From an uncultured delta proteobacterium (lineage in GTDB: Bacteria > Myxococcota > Kuafuiibacteriia > Kuafuiibacteriales > Kuafuiibacteriaceae), in the NCBI GenBank assembly GCA_963803435.1, contig CAWDML010000001.1, forward strand, positions 512,001 through 576,000: a DNA stretch of 64,000 nucleotides, written 5' to 3'. Positions 20,041 to 30,700 of the stretch are shown one piece after another. The position numbers were made by a program, and so were the translations under genes. Below the pieces are notes generated by a model. That model had not been told where the DNA came from. It made no database searches and saw only the letters and a list, made by a program, of their open reading frames with translations. How positions within the stretch are numbered: the first letter of the stretch is position 1; each line of letters begins with the position of its first letter.

Positions 20041-21477
20041 TCACGGACAGCCGAGCGCAGCGCGAAGGTGCTCGGCCCGCAGCGCCGGGAAAAGTTCGAG
20101 CTCGTCCACGCGCGCGCGCCAGTCTTCGATCGAAGCGTCGAGGTCGCGCGCGTCCGCCTCGACCGCGGGCTCGAGCGCGCCGGCGGTCGCGTCCAGGAGC
20201 GCGGTCAGGTGGTCACTCCAGAACGGGCTGTCGATCATCGCGCAGGCGCGACACTCGAAGCCGCTCCGGAGCTCGGGATCGGACAGCGTCTGATGGATCA
20301 GGAGGTTGTAGTGGCCCTCGAGCGGAAAGGTCGGCTCGACGCCGGGTCCGAGGACGCCGGGATCGGCCGGCGCATCGGCGGTGAAGCTGTCGCAGATCGT
20401 GTCGCCCGCCTCCTCGTCGTAGAGGCACCCGTAGGTCAGGTCCAGATCCCAGGGGTAGATCTCCCAGCCGTCCGACTGCGGTGAGAGATAGTAGTTCTTG
20501 CGGACGTGATCGAGGTTCTGGATCACCGCCATCACGGCCAGATAGTCGAGCAGGTCCGAGACGCGAAAGAGCGAGCGAACCGCGGTGGAGGCCCCGCCGT
20601 CCCGATAGTCGCTCTCGAGCTCGCCGATCATCCCCATCAGATCGGCGTCGTCGAACGTCGGGCCGACCGGCTTCTGATACACCGAGCGGTAGGTCGTCTC
20701 GTCGGGGAGGGAGATCAGAGATCCGCCGCCCATGGCGAACAGATCGTTCGGTGGATCGGCCTCGTAGAGCGCGGTCTCCTCGCGATCGTTCTCGCGGAGG
20801 AACGCGCTCCCGACACGCTCGATCTCCAGCATCAACCCGTAGGGCTCGCCGTTGATCGCGAGCTGGATGAAGCGGTGGCGCGAGATCGGGATCCGGGTGA
20901 AGCGAGCGAACGCCTCGTAGGCGGCGAGCGAGCGCAGGTAGGTGTGATCGTTGTACTCGGCGCGCAGGTTGATCTTGCGCGAGAAGCCGGGGTGCGGCGT
21001 GTCTTCCGGGAAGGTGATCCGAAACGACTTCTTCGGATAGTCGCGGCTGGTCCCGCCGCGCAGGCGGACGCGGCAGCCCTCCTGGTAGCGGACGCCGGCG
21101 GCCGTGAGCGCGCACGGGATGAAGAGCTCGCGATAGGGATCGGCGACAATCAGGGCGAGGTCCGCCTCGGCGACCTCGAGGTTCCACGCCGGCAACACCG
21201 TCTCGACGCAGAACCCCGAGCGACAGCTCCGACCTTCGGCGCACTCGTCGTCCTCGCGACAGGCACCGCACGTCCCGCCGGTGCAGGCCTCGATGGGCTC
21301 GCACTCGGACACCGAGGCACACGCACGGCAGTAGCGGCCGTGGCAGCCGGACGCGGACGTGTACAGGCCGGCGGCGCACGCAATCACGTCGGGCGCCGGC
21401 TCTTCGGGCACTCCGCAGGCGGCCAGGAGCCCGGAGGCGAGGAGCCAACGCACGCGGGACATCGACGGGACCAGCAT
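20041..21477 (-). CDS. CotH-family kinase lipoprotein with Cys-rich N-terminus
   Basis: Lipobox LLAAC; RLRGGTSRDYPKKSFRI, QNLDHVRKNYYL, YPWDLDLTYG. Confidence 0.85.
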   Translation of the reverse strand: MLVPSMSRVRWLLASGLLAACGVPEEPAPDVIACAAGLYTSASGCHGRYCRACASVSECEPIEACTGGTCGACREDDECAEGRSCRSGFCVETVLPAWNLEVAEADLALIVADPYRELFIPCALTAAGVRYQEGCRVRLRGGTSRDYPKKSFRITFPEDTPHPGFSRKINLRAEYNDHTYLRSLAAYEAFARFTRIPISRHRFIQLAINGEPYGLMLEIERVGSAFLRENDREETALYEADPPNDLFAMGGGSLISLPDETTYRSVYQKPVGPTFDDADLMGMIGELESDYRDGGASTAVRSLFRVSDLLDYLAVMAVIQNLDHVRKNYYLSPQSDGWEIYPWDLDLTYGCLYDEEAGDTICDSFTADAPADPGVLGPGVEPTFPLEGHYNLLIHQTLSDPELRSGFECRACAMIDSPFWSDHLTALLDATAGALEPAVEADARDLDASIEDWRARVDELELFPALRAEHLRAALGCP

Positions 21478-21544
21478 ATCGCCGGCCGTGAGCTTGCGGC
21501 GAGATCCGGGTGCTGATGAGAATCGCCGCGTGCCGGCCGCCTCG

Positions 21545-23260
21545 ATGCTCGCGCTGCTGCTGATCGCCGCCCGACCACCGAGCTACACCTACCGGGAGAA
21601 CATGCTGGCGCTCCGGCTGCCGCCCGAGCGGGCCCCGAAGGCAAGCGGAGCGCGCAGCGAGCGAGAGCGAGCGGAGTCGGGCGCGAGGGCTTTGCCCGAG
21701 CGGGCCCCGAAGGCAAGCGGAGCGCGCAGCGAGCGAGAGCGAGCGGAGTCGGGCGCGAGGGCTTTGCCCGAGCGGGCCCCGAAGGCAAGCGGAGCGCGCA
21801 GCGAGCGAGAGCGAGCGGAGTCGGGCGCGAGGGCTTTGCCCGAGCATCCGACCGTCGTCTCGTGGCGAAGGCTCGACCCGCGGGGGCGGGGCGTGGGCGC
21901 CTGGTCTCGGCGGGACGTCGGGGGCGTCTTGAAGGAGGGACAGGTCGAGCTCGAGGTGGGCAGCGGCGGCGGCCACGAGCTGCGGATCAGCTCGGCGCGC
22001 GGCACGGAGCGGATCTGGGCCACCCGCGGCACCTGGTACGCGCTCCCGCGGGAGAACGCGATCACCACAGGACACAAGCCGAGCCTGCGGGGGAGCGCGC
22101 TGGCGGCGATCGCCGACATCACCCTGGCGGGCGCGTTCTCCGTCCAGGTGAACACGGTGCGGCAGCGCGGCTATCTGGCGGTCGGGCGCACGCTCGGGAT
22201 GGATCTGGGCGCCGCGATCCGTCCGCCGGAGGAGGCCGCGCTGGTGGTCGTCGGCGGTGGCACGATGCAGGGCGCGGTGGTGACGCTGACGGAGCATCGG
22301 GAGAAGGATCAGGTCGTCTACTGGGACTATCCGCTGAACCTCGAGGTGGAGGCGCGACGGTACGTGATCCCGCTGTCGGCGTTCGAGCGTCGCGATGGGC
22401 GCGGGAAGGGGAAGATCGAGCGCATCGAGGCGATCACGATCCGCACCGTGCAGATCCCGAACGAGGGCGACCGGCTCTTCTTCGATCACCTCGCGCTGCT
22501 CGAGTCGCCCCCGCGCATCACCGGAGTGCAGGCCGCCAAGAACGGCGTGATCATCCAAACCGGAGGGCGCGTCCTCCTGAGCGAGCGCCTCCACGCGGAG
22601 GGGGCCGCCACCTCGACGTCCGCGCGCGTGCGGAAAAAGACGATGCGCCTCTCGGGGCCAGGCTTCGCAGGCGCGACCAAGGTGTGGATGTGCTGGCGCG
22701 AAGACGGCGCGGAGGCGTGCGATCCGCCGGACGCCCCCACCACCGTCCGGCAGGTGCCGGTGGTGCCGCCGGCGCCGCTCCTGGTCGATGACTTCGCAGG
22801 CTCGATCCCGGTGAACGCGCTCAGGCGCCAGACGCAGGTGTACACCTCCACGATCGGTCTCGATCCGACGCTGGTGAGCCTGCGGCGGCCCGGTTCGATC
22901 CTGCTGGGACGCCTGGAGGAGCGCCACCTCGACTACGTCGGCTATCTGTCGCCGCTCCCGCCCGTGCTGCCGAGCCACCTCTCGGAGCTCGAGCTCACGA
23001 TCCGTGGGGATGTGGATCCGGCCCTGATCAAGGTGGGCCTGAGGAGCACGAACGGGCGCGAGCCGAAGGTCGCTGTCAATCGGTACCTGAAGGCGGTCGA
23101 CCGCGAGCGCTGGCAGACCGTCCGCATTCCGCTGACCGCGTTCGGCCGGTCGCGGAAGAACGTCGACGCGATCACCGTCTCGCTGGAGGCCGCCGGAGGG
23201 CGAAAGCAGCAGCTGGAGATCCAGCGGATCGAGATCTCGCCGGCGCGAAAGGGCGGATGA
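21545..23260 (+). CDS. Secreted protein with two carbohydrate-binding-like (CIA30/CBM11-type) domains and an in-frame 3x24-aa insertion
   Basis: Hydrophobic N-terminus; YVIPLSAF...LFFDHLAL and WQTVRIPLTAF...LEIQRIEI beta-sandwich signatures. Confidence 0.55.
   Translation: MLALLLIAARPPSYTYRENMLALRLPPERAPKASGARSERERAESGARALPERAPKASGARSERERAESGARALPERAPKASGARSERERAESGARALPEHPTVVSWRRLDPRGRGVGAWSRRDVGGVLKEGQVELEVGSGGGHELRISSARGTERIWATRGTWYALPRENAITTGHKPSLRGSALAAIADITLAGAFSVQVNTVRQRGYLAVGRTLGMDLGAAIRPPEEAALVVVGGGTMQGAVVTLTEHREKDQVVYWDYPLNLEVEARRYVIPLSAFERRDGRGKGKIERIEAITIRTVQIPNEGDRLFFDHLALLESPPRITGVQAAKNGVIIQTGGRVLLSERLHAEGAATSTSARVRKKTMRLSGPGFAGATKVWMCWREDGAEACDPPDAPTTVRQVPVVPPAPLLVDDFAGSIPVNALRRQTQVYTSTIGLDPTLVSLRRPGSILLGRLEERHLDYVGYLSPLPPVLPSHLSELELTIRGDVDPALIKVGLRSTNGREPKVAVNRYLKAVDRERWQTVRIPLTAFGRSRKNVDAITVSLEAAGGRKQQLEIQRIEISPARKGG
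21622..21845. repeat. Perfect tandem repeat, 3 x 72 bp plus 8 bp, REP-like, inside a CDS
   Basis: Unit GCCCGAGCGGGCCCCGAAGGCAAGCGGAGCGCGCAGCGAGCGAGAGCGAGCGGAGTCGGGCGCGAGGGCTTT at 21622, 21694 and 21766, then GCCCGAGC. Confidence 0.95.
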
Positions 23261-24507
23261 GCTCGGCCGCCCTTCTGCTGCTCGCGATCCTCGCGCAGAC
23301 CTCGACCGGGGGTGCCGATCTCAGCCGCCTGCGGAGCGCCTTGGCCGAGCACCCCGAAGACGTCGACGTCCGGCTGAAGCTCGCGCTTGCGCTGAGCCGG
23401 AACGGGGCCACCGACGAGGCCCGCCAGCACGCGGAGGCGGTGGTCCGTGCCGCGCCGAAGTACTGGGACGCTCAGCTGTTGCTGGCGCGGCTCGACGCCT
23501 GGGCGCAGCGCTACGACCAGGCCGAGGCGCGCCTCCACGCCATCATCGCGCAGGCGCCCGAGCTACGCGATGCGCGGTCGGCGCTCGCCGAGGTCGAGCT
23601 CTGGTCCGGCGAGCTCGACCAATCGAAGGAGGACATCGAGCGGTTGCTCGTGGACGAGCACAGCCCGGAGCTGCTCGGGCGGCTGGCTCAGGTCGAATAC
23701 GAGCGGCAGCACCACCTGTCGGCCTACCTCATCGCGAAGGAGGCGCTGGCGCTCGATCCGGCGGAGCAGCGCGCGCTGGGAGTGAAGGAGGCGGTCCTGC
23801 TGGTGCGCGCGGATCTGCGGTTCGAGGCCGAGAACCTCCCGGGGCCGAAGGACGGGCACGGAGAGATCATCACGGTGACCGCGCTGCCCGGGAACCTCTA
23901 TGGCTTCTCGATCACCGAGGAGTTCAGACAGCGCTACGGCACCACGAACAACCGGGTCGCGTTCGAGGGGTTGTGGCTGCCCGCCAAGGGCTGGACGGTG
24001 GCCGCGCTGTTCGCGTTCGGGCTCCCGGCGAAGGTCATCGCGGATGTCTCGGCCTCCGCGCGTGTCACCGCGCCGATCTTCGAGCTCCTCGACGGTGGGC
24101 TCTCGTACACGTTCGACCACTTTCCCGACAGCGTGGTCCTTCATCGGGCGCGGGTGGACTTGGGGTTCCGCATTCACCACACGCTGCAAGCGGTGATCGC
24201 CTACGTCTTCGGTGTGCTCAGCTCGCCGACGGCCGGGACCGACAGCCTTCACTACGGCTCCCTCGCGCTCGACTTCGAGTCGCTCCCGTATGCGCTCTCG
24301 CTCAGCTACGGCTTCGGACGGCAGATCGATCGCGTCGTGCTCGATCCGACCGCACCGCTGTTCTCCTACCTCTCGCACGAGATCCGGGTCTTCGCAGCGT
24401 ACGAGCCCGTCCGCTGGATCCGCGTCGGTGTCGATCTCGGTACGGTGATCCGATCCAACAAGACCCGCGTGGACACGCTCGGGATCCTGGCGCGCTTCTC
24501 CTTCTAG
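23257..24507 (+). CDS. TPR repeat plus YaiO-like outer-membrane beta-barrel
   Basis: Signal peptide, N-terminal TPRs, amphipathic beta strands, C-terminal ...ILARFSF beta-signal; ATGA overlap with the upstream gene. Confidence 0.75.
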   Translation: MSSAALLLLAILAQTSTGGADLSRLRSALAEHPEDVDVRLKLALALSRNGATDEARQHAEAVVRAAPKYWDAQLLLARLDAWAQRYDQAEARLHAIIAQAPELRDARSALAEVELWSGELDQSKEDIERLLVDEHSPELLGRLAQVEYERQHHLSAYLIAKEALALDPAEQRALGVKEAVLLVRADLRFEAENLPGPKDGHGEIITVTALPGNLYGFSITEEFRQRYGTTNNRVAFEGLWLPAKGWTVAALFAFGLPAKVIADVSASARVTAPIFELLDGGLSYTFDHFPDSVVLHRARVDLGFRIHHTLQAVIAYVFGVLSSPTAGTDSLHYGSLALDFESLPYALSLSYGFGRQIDRVVLDPTAPLFSYLSHEIRVFAAYEPVRWIRVGVDLGTVIRSNKTRVDTLGILARFSF

Positions 24508-24527
24508 ACGGAAGATGGAGCCGCATC

Positions 24528-26045
24528 GTGCACGGGCTCTTCGTCCGAATTCTCTACCTCTTCGACGCGATCGTGGTCGTGTACTTCCTGATCTACGCCT
24601 TGGTGAACATGGGCCTGCTCCTGGTCAGCTTCCTGCGGGTCAAGACCTCGCTCGAGAGCGCGCAGCTGGAAGCGCTCGGGGGGCGTGATCCCGACCCGGC
24701 GTTCTGCCCGCTGATCTCGCTGCTGGTGCCCGCCTACAACGAGGAGGTGACGATCGTCGAGAGCGTGCGCTCGTTGCTCCGTCTCGACTACCCCGGCTAC
24801 GAGATCATCATCGTCAACGACGGCTCGAAGGACGGGACCGTCGAGGTGCTCAAGGAGGCCTACGCCTTCGTGCGGAGCGACGTCGACTATCAGGACCAGC
24901 TGGGCGCCGCGAAGGTGCGCGGCTTCTACCGCTCCACGGTCGAGCTGCCGAACGGTGTGGTCCGGCTGGTCCTGGTCGACAAGGAGAACGGCGGCAAGGC
25001 CGACGCGCTCAACGCCGGGATCAACGCGTCGCAGGGCGCGTACGTGGCCTCGATGGACGCCGACTCGCTGATGGTACCGCGGGCCCTCCAGATCGCGGTT
25101 CAGCCGATCCTCGACGACCCGAACCGCATCATCGCCGTCGGCGGACAGATCGCGCTCTCCAACGGCTGTACCGTCGCGGACGGTCGCGTCAAGGAGGTGC
25201 GCCTCCCCAGGAGCTGGATCGCCCGCTTCCAGGTGGTGGAGTACATGCGATCGTTCACGCAGTCGCGCACCGCCCTCGCCGAGCTCGACAGCCTCCTGAT
25301 CCTCTCGGGCGTGTTCGCCCTCTTCCGTCGCGATGCGCTGATCGCGTGCGGTGGCTTCCTCACCAAGCACCAGCGCTCGCGCGTGTGCCTGGAGTACTGT
25401 GGGCCGCACGCCGAGACTGTCTGCGAGGACATGGAGGTGGTGGTCCGGATCCAGCGCTATCTGATCGAGCGCTCCGAGCGACCGCGCGTGGTGTTCCTGC
25501 CGTCGCCCACGTCGTGGACCGAGGCCCCCGAGGTCTACGAGAGCCTCGGGAAGCAGCGCTCGCGCTGGTATCGCGGGCTGTGGGAGGTGCTCACGCTCCA
25601 CCGAAAGATGATGTTCAACCCGAAGTACGGGCGGGTCGGCCTCTTCTCTCTGCCTTACCAGCTCCTCTACGAGGCGCTCGCACCGATCCTGGAGGTGCTC
25701 GGGTACGTGGTGCTCCCGATCTCCTGGGCGCTCGGCGTGCTGAGCTTCAAGGCGCTGGTGGCGTTCTGCGCGGTGGCGATGTCGTTCAACCTGGTGCTGT
25801 CGACGGGATCGGTGATGCTCGCGATCGCGCGGATCCGGTTCCGCAAGCACGACGCCGGCTCGGCGCTGATGGACTATCGCGGCGTCAAGGACACGCTGCT
25901 CCTGGTGCTCGCGGGTCTGGTGTCGAACGTCGGCTACCGCCAGTTCATCGTGTTCTGGCAGCTCAAGGGGCTCAAGGATCTCATCAAGGGCAAGAAGGGC
26001 TGGGACAAGTTCGCGCGCGCCGGATTCGCCCAGGCCAAGAGCTGA
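24528..26045 (+). CDS. Processive GT2 polysaccharide synthase (PgaC/IcaA-like)
   Basis: GTG with GGAG RBS; VPAYNE, DGSKD, NGGKADALN, DADS, CEDME, QRSRW; N- and C-terminal TM helices. Confidence 0.9.
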   Translation: MHGLFVRILYLFDAIVVVYFLIYALVNMGLLLVSFLRVKTSLESAQLEALGGRDPDPAFCPLISLLVPAYNEEVTIVESVRSLLRLDYPGYEIIIVNDGSKDGTVEVLKEAYAFVRSDVDYQDQLGAAKVRGFYRSTVELPNGVVRLVLVDKENGGKADALNAGINASQGAYVASMDADSLMVPRALQIAVQPILDDPNRIIAVGGQIALSNGCTVADGRVKEVRLPRSWIARFQVVEYMRSFTQSRTALAELDSLLILSGVFALFRRDALIACGGFLTKHQRSRVCLEYCGPHAETVCEDMEVVVRIQRYLIERSERPRVVFLPSPTSWTEAPEVYESLGKQRSRWYRGLWEVLTLHRKMMFNPKYGRVGLFSLPYQLLYEALAPILEVLGYVVLPISWALGVLSFKALVAFCAVAMSFNLVLSTGSVMLAIARIRFRKHDAGSALMDYRGVKDTLLLVLAGLVSNVGYRQFIVFWQLKGLKDLIKGKKGWDKFARAGFAQAKS

Positions 26046-26049
26046 TGCG

Positions 26050-27381
26050 ATGACTCTGTACGCGCTCGGTATCGGACGACAGACGGCGTCGCACCTGGAG
26101 GCGTTCGCAGACGGGCTGCGGATCGTGGAGTCGGTCGAACGGGCGCTGGCGGAGCTCGTACAACAGCGCGCCGATCTGGTGGTGATCGACGCCGAGGAGG
26201 TGGCGGCGGACCTGGAGGCTGCCCTGAAGCTGCTGACCGCGCCGAACCGCGCGCTGGCGGTGCTCCGTGAGGCCGCGCCGGATCCGGTCGCGCTCCTGTC
26301 CTCGAACGCGTGGTGGCTCCCGCGCGCGCTTCCACCGGAGCGCGCCACTCCGGCCCTCATCGCCGCCGCCGAGCGCGCCAGCGTGCATCGCGAAAACGCC
26401 GTCGCCGCCGATTCGCTGGAGGTCCGACTCCGCGAGCATGGCGAGTGGGCGAAGTCGGCGCGGCGAACGCTCGACGAGCTCCTCCACGAGCTGAAGACTC
26501 CTATCTTCGTGGTGCAGGGGTTCGCGAGCAATCTGCTGGACGAGATCGACGGGCCGCTCGCGCCCTCGCAGCGCTCCGGACTGCAGCGGATCCATGCGGC
26601 TGCCAAGCTGATGGGCGAGGTCGTGAAGAACGCTGCGCCGCGGCTGGAGCCGCCACCCCTCAAGCACGGTGCCCCGCCGGTACGACGCCGGCGGGCGATC
26701 CGGGCGCAGCTCGATCTGGAGGCGCTGTCGCGCGAGGCGGCGGCGCTGTTCTCTCGAGAGGTCGAGCAGCGTTCGCTCGCGCTCTCGATCGAGGTCCTCG
26801 ACCCGCTCCCGAACGTGTGGGGCGATCGCGGGCGGCTGACGCAGGTCCTCGTCAACCTGCTCTCGAACGCGATGCGATACGTGCCGGACCGAGGGAAGAT
26901 CGCCGTCGAGCTGCGACGCGACGGCGACGCGTGCGAGATCGCGGTGCTCGACGACGGACCCGGGATCTCGCTCGAGCTCGCCGAGTGGATCTTCGACTCT
27001 GGCGTCAGCGGCCAGGGTCGGACCGGGCTCGGCCTGGCGATCGCGCGCGAGATCGCGGACGAGCATCAGGGATCGATCTCGGCCGATCCGACGGGCCCCC
27101 TGGGCGGCGCCGCCTTCCGCCTGCGGATCCCCGTCGACGCCCGGGCGCGCGCAGGACGGCTGGAGATCCTCCTCATCGACGACCCCGTGCTGGCCGGTCA
27201 GCTCCTGATCGAGCTCAAGAACCGGCACGGGACCCACGTGCCGGCTTCGCGGCCGCGCGATATGGAGGCGCTGGCCTCGCGGCTGATCGAGCTCGGCTCT
27301 ACGGTGGTGTTCGCCGGCCGGCTCGAGGAGCGCCTGGGAACGCAAACGATCGATCTTCCGAGCGATCTGGCCCTGGAGTGA
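26050..27381 (+). CDS. Cytoplasmic sensor histidine kinase
   Basis: H-box LHELKTP, N-box NLLSNA, G1 DDGPGI, G2 GLGLAI; no TM segment. Confidence 0.88.
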   Translation: MTLYALGIGRQTASHLEAFADGLRIVESVERALAELVQQRADLVVIDAEEVAADLEAALKLLTAPNRALAVLREAAPDPVALLSSNAWWLPRALPPERATPALIAAAERASVHRENAVAADSLEVRLREHGEWAKSARRTLDELLHELKTPIFVVQGFASNLLDEIDGPLAPSQRSGLQRIHAAAKLMGEVVKNAAPRLEPPPLKHGAPPVRRRRAIRAQLDLEALSREAAALFSREVEQRSLALSIEVLDPLPNVWGDRGRLTQVLVNLLSNAMRYVPDRGKIAVELRRDGDACEIAVLDDGPGISLELAEWIFDSGVSGQGRTGLGLAIAREIADEHQGSISADPTGPLGGAAFRLRIPVDARARAGRLEILLIDDPVLAGQLLIELKNRHGTHVPASRPRDMEALASRLIELGSTVVFAGRLEERLGTQTIDLPSDLALE

Positions 27382-27387
27382 GGCACG

Positions 27388-27753
27388 ATGACGAAAATCT
27401 TGATTGCAGACGACAACAACGACCTACTGGAGATGCTGGTGAGTCGGTTCCGCGCCGTCGGCTTCGAGGTGGTCTCGGCCCAGACCGGCACCGCAGCGCT
27501 CGAGGTCGCGCGCCGGGAGCAGCCGGAGCTGGCCGTGCTGGACGTGATGATGCCGGAGCTCAACGGGTTTCAGGTGTGCCGCCGCCTCAAGGAGGATGAA
27601 GAGCTCGGCGACATGCCGATCGTCCTTCTCACCGCGAAAGGCACCGAGGCGGATCAATTCTGGGGCTTCGAAGTGGGCGCCGATCTCTACCTGACCAAGC
27701 CGATCGAGCCGGGCGAGGTCGTGGCGGAGGTCCAGAAGCTCCTCGATCGGTGA
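27388..27753 (+). CDS. Single-domain response regulator (receiver only)
   Basis: ILIADD, LDVMMP, LTA, YLTKP. Confidence 0.92.
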   Translation: MTKILIADDNNDLLEMLVSRFRAVGFEVVSAQTGTAALEVARREQPELAVLDVMMPELNGFQVCRRLKEDEELGDMPIVLLTAKGTEADQFWGFEVGADLYLTKPIEPGEVVAEVQKLLDR

Positions 27754-27756
27754 GAC

Positions 27757-30700
27757 GTGACCGACCCGCTCGACATCGCGCTGTATGTCGCGGCCGGCGG
27801 GGTGGTGCTCACGGTTCTGCTGCTCCTGGGCTTCGGAGCTCGGCGGACGCTCTCGGGTTTGATGGTCTCGCGCCTGGAGCGGCGCATCGCCCACGCCGAC
27901 GCGATCCTCACCAAGGCGATGGAGGAGAACTTCGGCACCATGGATCGCCTGCTGTTTCAGCTGGGCGAGATCCGCGATCAACGCGCGGTCGAAGCGGCGC
28001 TCGAGAAGCTGCTCGACAAGAACGACTCCCGTCTCGAGGTTCCGCTCTCCCAGCTGTTTCGATCGCTCGGGCTGATCGATCGATATCTGGAACAGGTTCG
28101 GAAGGCGTCGAAGTGGACCGAGCGTGCCGGGGCGGCGCGGGCGCTGGGAAAGCTGGGCGTGGTGGACGCGGTTCCGCTCCTGGTGGCGGTCATGCGCGAT
28201 CCGCAGGAGGACGCACGCAGCGTGAAGCAAGCCGCCGCCCGCGCGCTCGGTGAGCTCCGGGCGCCCGAGGCCATCCCGCTCCTGATGAAGGAGCTCGAGA
28301 CCCGGGACGAGTGGGCCTCGCCTCGGCTGGCCGACATCCTGGTCTCGTTCGGGGAGACGGCGGTGCCCCAGCTCCTCGAGTCGCTCGTCGACGAGGCGCA
28401 CGCGAACTCCCGGGCCTGGGCCGCCCAGGTGCTGGGAAAGATCGGCAGCCAGCGGGCGGTCGCACCGCTCCTGCAGCGCCTCCACGATCGCTCCGAGCAG
28501 GTCCGCATGGCCGTGGCCGAGGCCCTCGGAGCCCTGGGAGATCGGCGCGCGACCAACGAGCTGGTACAGATCGCGCTCCGCGACCCGGTCGGCACGGTGC
28601 GCGCGGAGGCGGCCCGCGCGCTCGGACAGATGCGGGACGAGTCGGTGCTGGAGACCCTGGTGACGCTGCTCGCGGATCCGGACTACTGGACGCGGCTCCG
28701 CACCATCGAGGCGATCGAGCTGCTCAAGCCGGAGGATCCGACCGCGCTGGACTCGGCGCTTCGCGATCCTTCGCCCGAGGTGCGCAAGCGCGCAGCGGTG
28801 GCGCTGCAGCGGATCGGCGTGCTCGACCAGCGCGTCGAGGAGCTCGCGGGCAACGATCGAGGCATCGTCGACCGAGCGATGCGCACGCTGATCGAGATGG
28901 GCCGCGCCGGTCTGATCGAGTCGATCCTCGCGCACCTGGAGCACCCCAGCCTGCGGGTGCGATCGCGAATCACGGAGGTCCTGGGCCGCGTCGGTGATCA
29001 GTACGCCGTGCCAGCCCTCCTTCCGCTGCTCGGCGACATCGAGTGGCCGGTGCGCGTGCGCGCGGTGGAGGCGGTCGGGCAGCTGGCGCTCGGCTCCGGC
29101 CCGGGCGAAGGCGCGTACGACGGCGTGCAGCTCCTGGTGCCACTCTTGTCGGATCCCGAGGAGAACGTCCGAAGCGCAGCGGTGGCGGCGATCCGCTCGC
29201 TCGGCCTGGGCGAGAATCCGGAGGGGCTCGCGGCGGTGCTGCGACTGTACGACACCGACAACGCCGAGGTCCGCGCGTCGGTGCTCGAGACCGTGGGCTC
29301 GCTGGCGCTGCCCGAGGTGGACGACCTGCTCCATCGCGCCCTGCTCGATCCGAACCACGAGGTGCGGCTCCGCGCGATCCGATCGGTGGAGCAGCGCCCG
29401 TCTCCGGACTGGGAGGCGGAGCTGGTGGATCAGCTCGGCGATCCCGAGTTCGGCGGGCGCCCCGACGCAGTGCGCGTGTTGGGGAGGATCGGGACGCCGG
29501 AGGCGATCGAGGCGGTCATCAAGAACCTCGATACGCCGGACCGGAAGCTACGCGAGGCGCTCACCGACGTGCTGGCCGCCAAGGGCGTCGACCATCTGCT
29601 CGAGAAGGTGGGGAGCACCGATCGTGAAGAGGTGGAGCTCGCAATGATCTGGGCGCTCGGGAAGACAGGAGAGCCGAGCGCGATCGTCCACGTGGTGAAC
29701 CGTGCCGAGCATCCGTCCGCCGACGTGCGGGCCGCCGTGTGCGGAGCGCTGGCCAAGCTGGGAGGCGAGACCTCACTCTCGATCCTGGAGCGGCTCGCGC
29801 GGGACCGAAGCGAGCGCGTGCGGGCGGCCGCGAGCAACGCGCTCGGCAGCTTGGGGATCGACGCGGCGGTGCCTGCGCTGGCGGCGGCCACGCGGGATCC
29901 CGATCGCTTCGTGCGAAACCGCGCCTTGCTGGCGCTCGGTCGGACCGGCACCAGGCGCGCGAGAGAGGCCCTCGCGGTCCTTCCCGAGGGTCCGCTCGAG
30001 GACGACGCTCACCTCTACCTGCTGATCGCCCGGGTGCTGGCCCAGGTCCCGAGCGCGCTGGAAGCGGCGATCGGCGCGCTGACCACGCGCGGCGTCGAGC
30101 GGCGGATCAAGCGCATTCTCTCCGACGAGTCGGAGGAGCTCGGCGCGCGCTTCCGGCAGCTCCTGAGGATCGAGACGCGCGACATCGAGGTGGAGACGCT
30201 GGCGCTCGAGTACGTGGAGACGCTGCAGAATAGCCAGAGCGCGGACGAGCGGGCCTCCGCGGTGCGCGCGCTGGCGGTGCTCGACGTCCACCGCTACCAG
30301 GAGCGCCTGTTCGACACGATCCGCACCGATCCTGACGACGGCGTGCGGAGGCTGGCGGTCATGGCGTTCTCCGAGGTGGAGATCGACGGCGAGCTCGAGC
30401 ACATCTTGATCGACACGCTGCGCGACCCCTCGGTGACCGTGCAGATCGAGGCAGCCCGCGGTCTCACGCGCCTCGCCTCACCCACGCACAACGATCGACT
30501 GCTGCGAACCTTTCTCACCCGCGATCCGGAGCTCGCAGAGGTGGTGACCGAAGCGCTGGTCGAGGCCAACAGCGGAAGGACGGCGGACTTCATCGACCAG
30601 CTGATGGGCTACTCCGATCTGCCGATCCAGGTCGGGGCCGCCGGCGTTCTGGGTCGCCTCGCCGAACCGGCCGCCGCCCGCCTCCTCACGGCCTGGTGCC

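Noticed and set aside
21622-21845. Possible CRISPR array
   Set aside because: Units are contiguous and identical with no unique spacers; no cas genes nearby.
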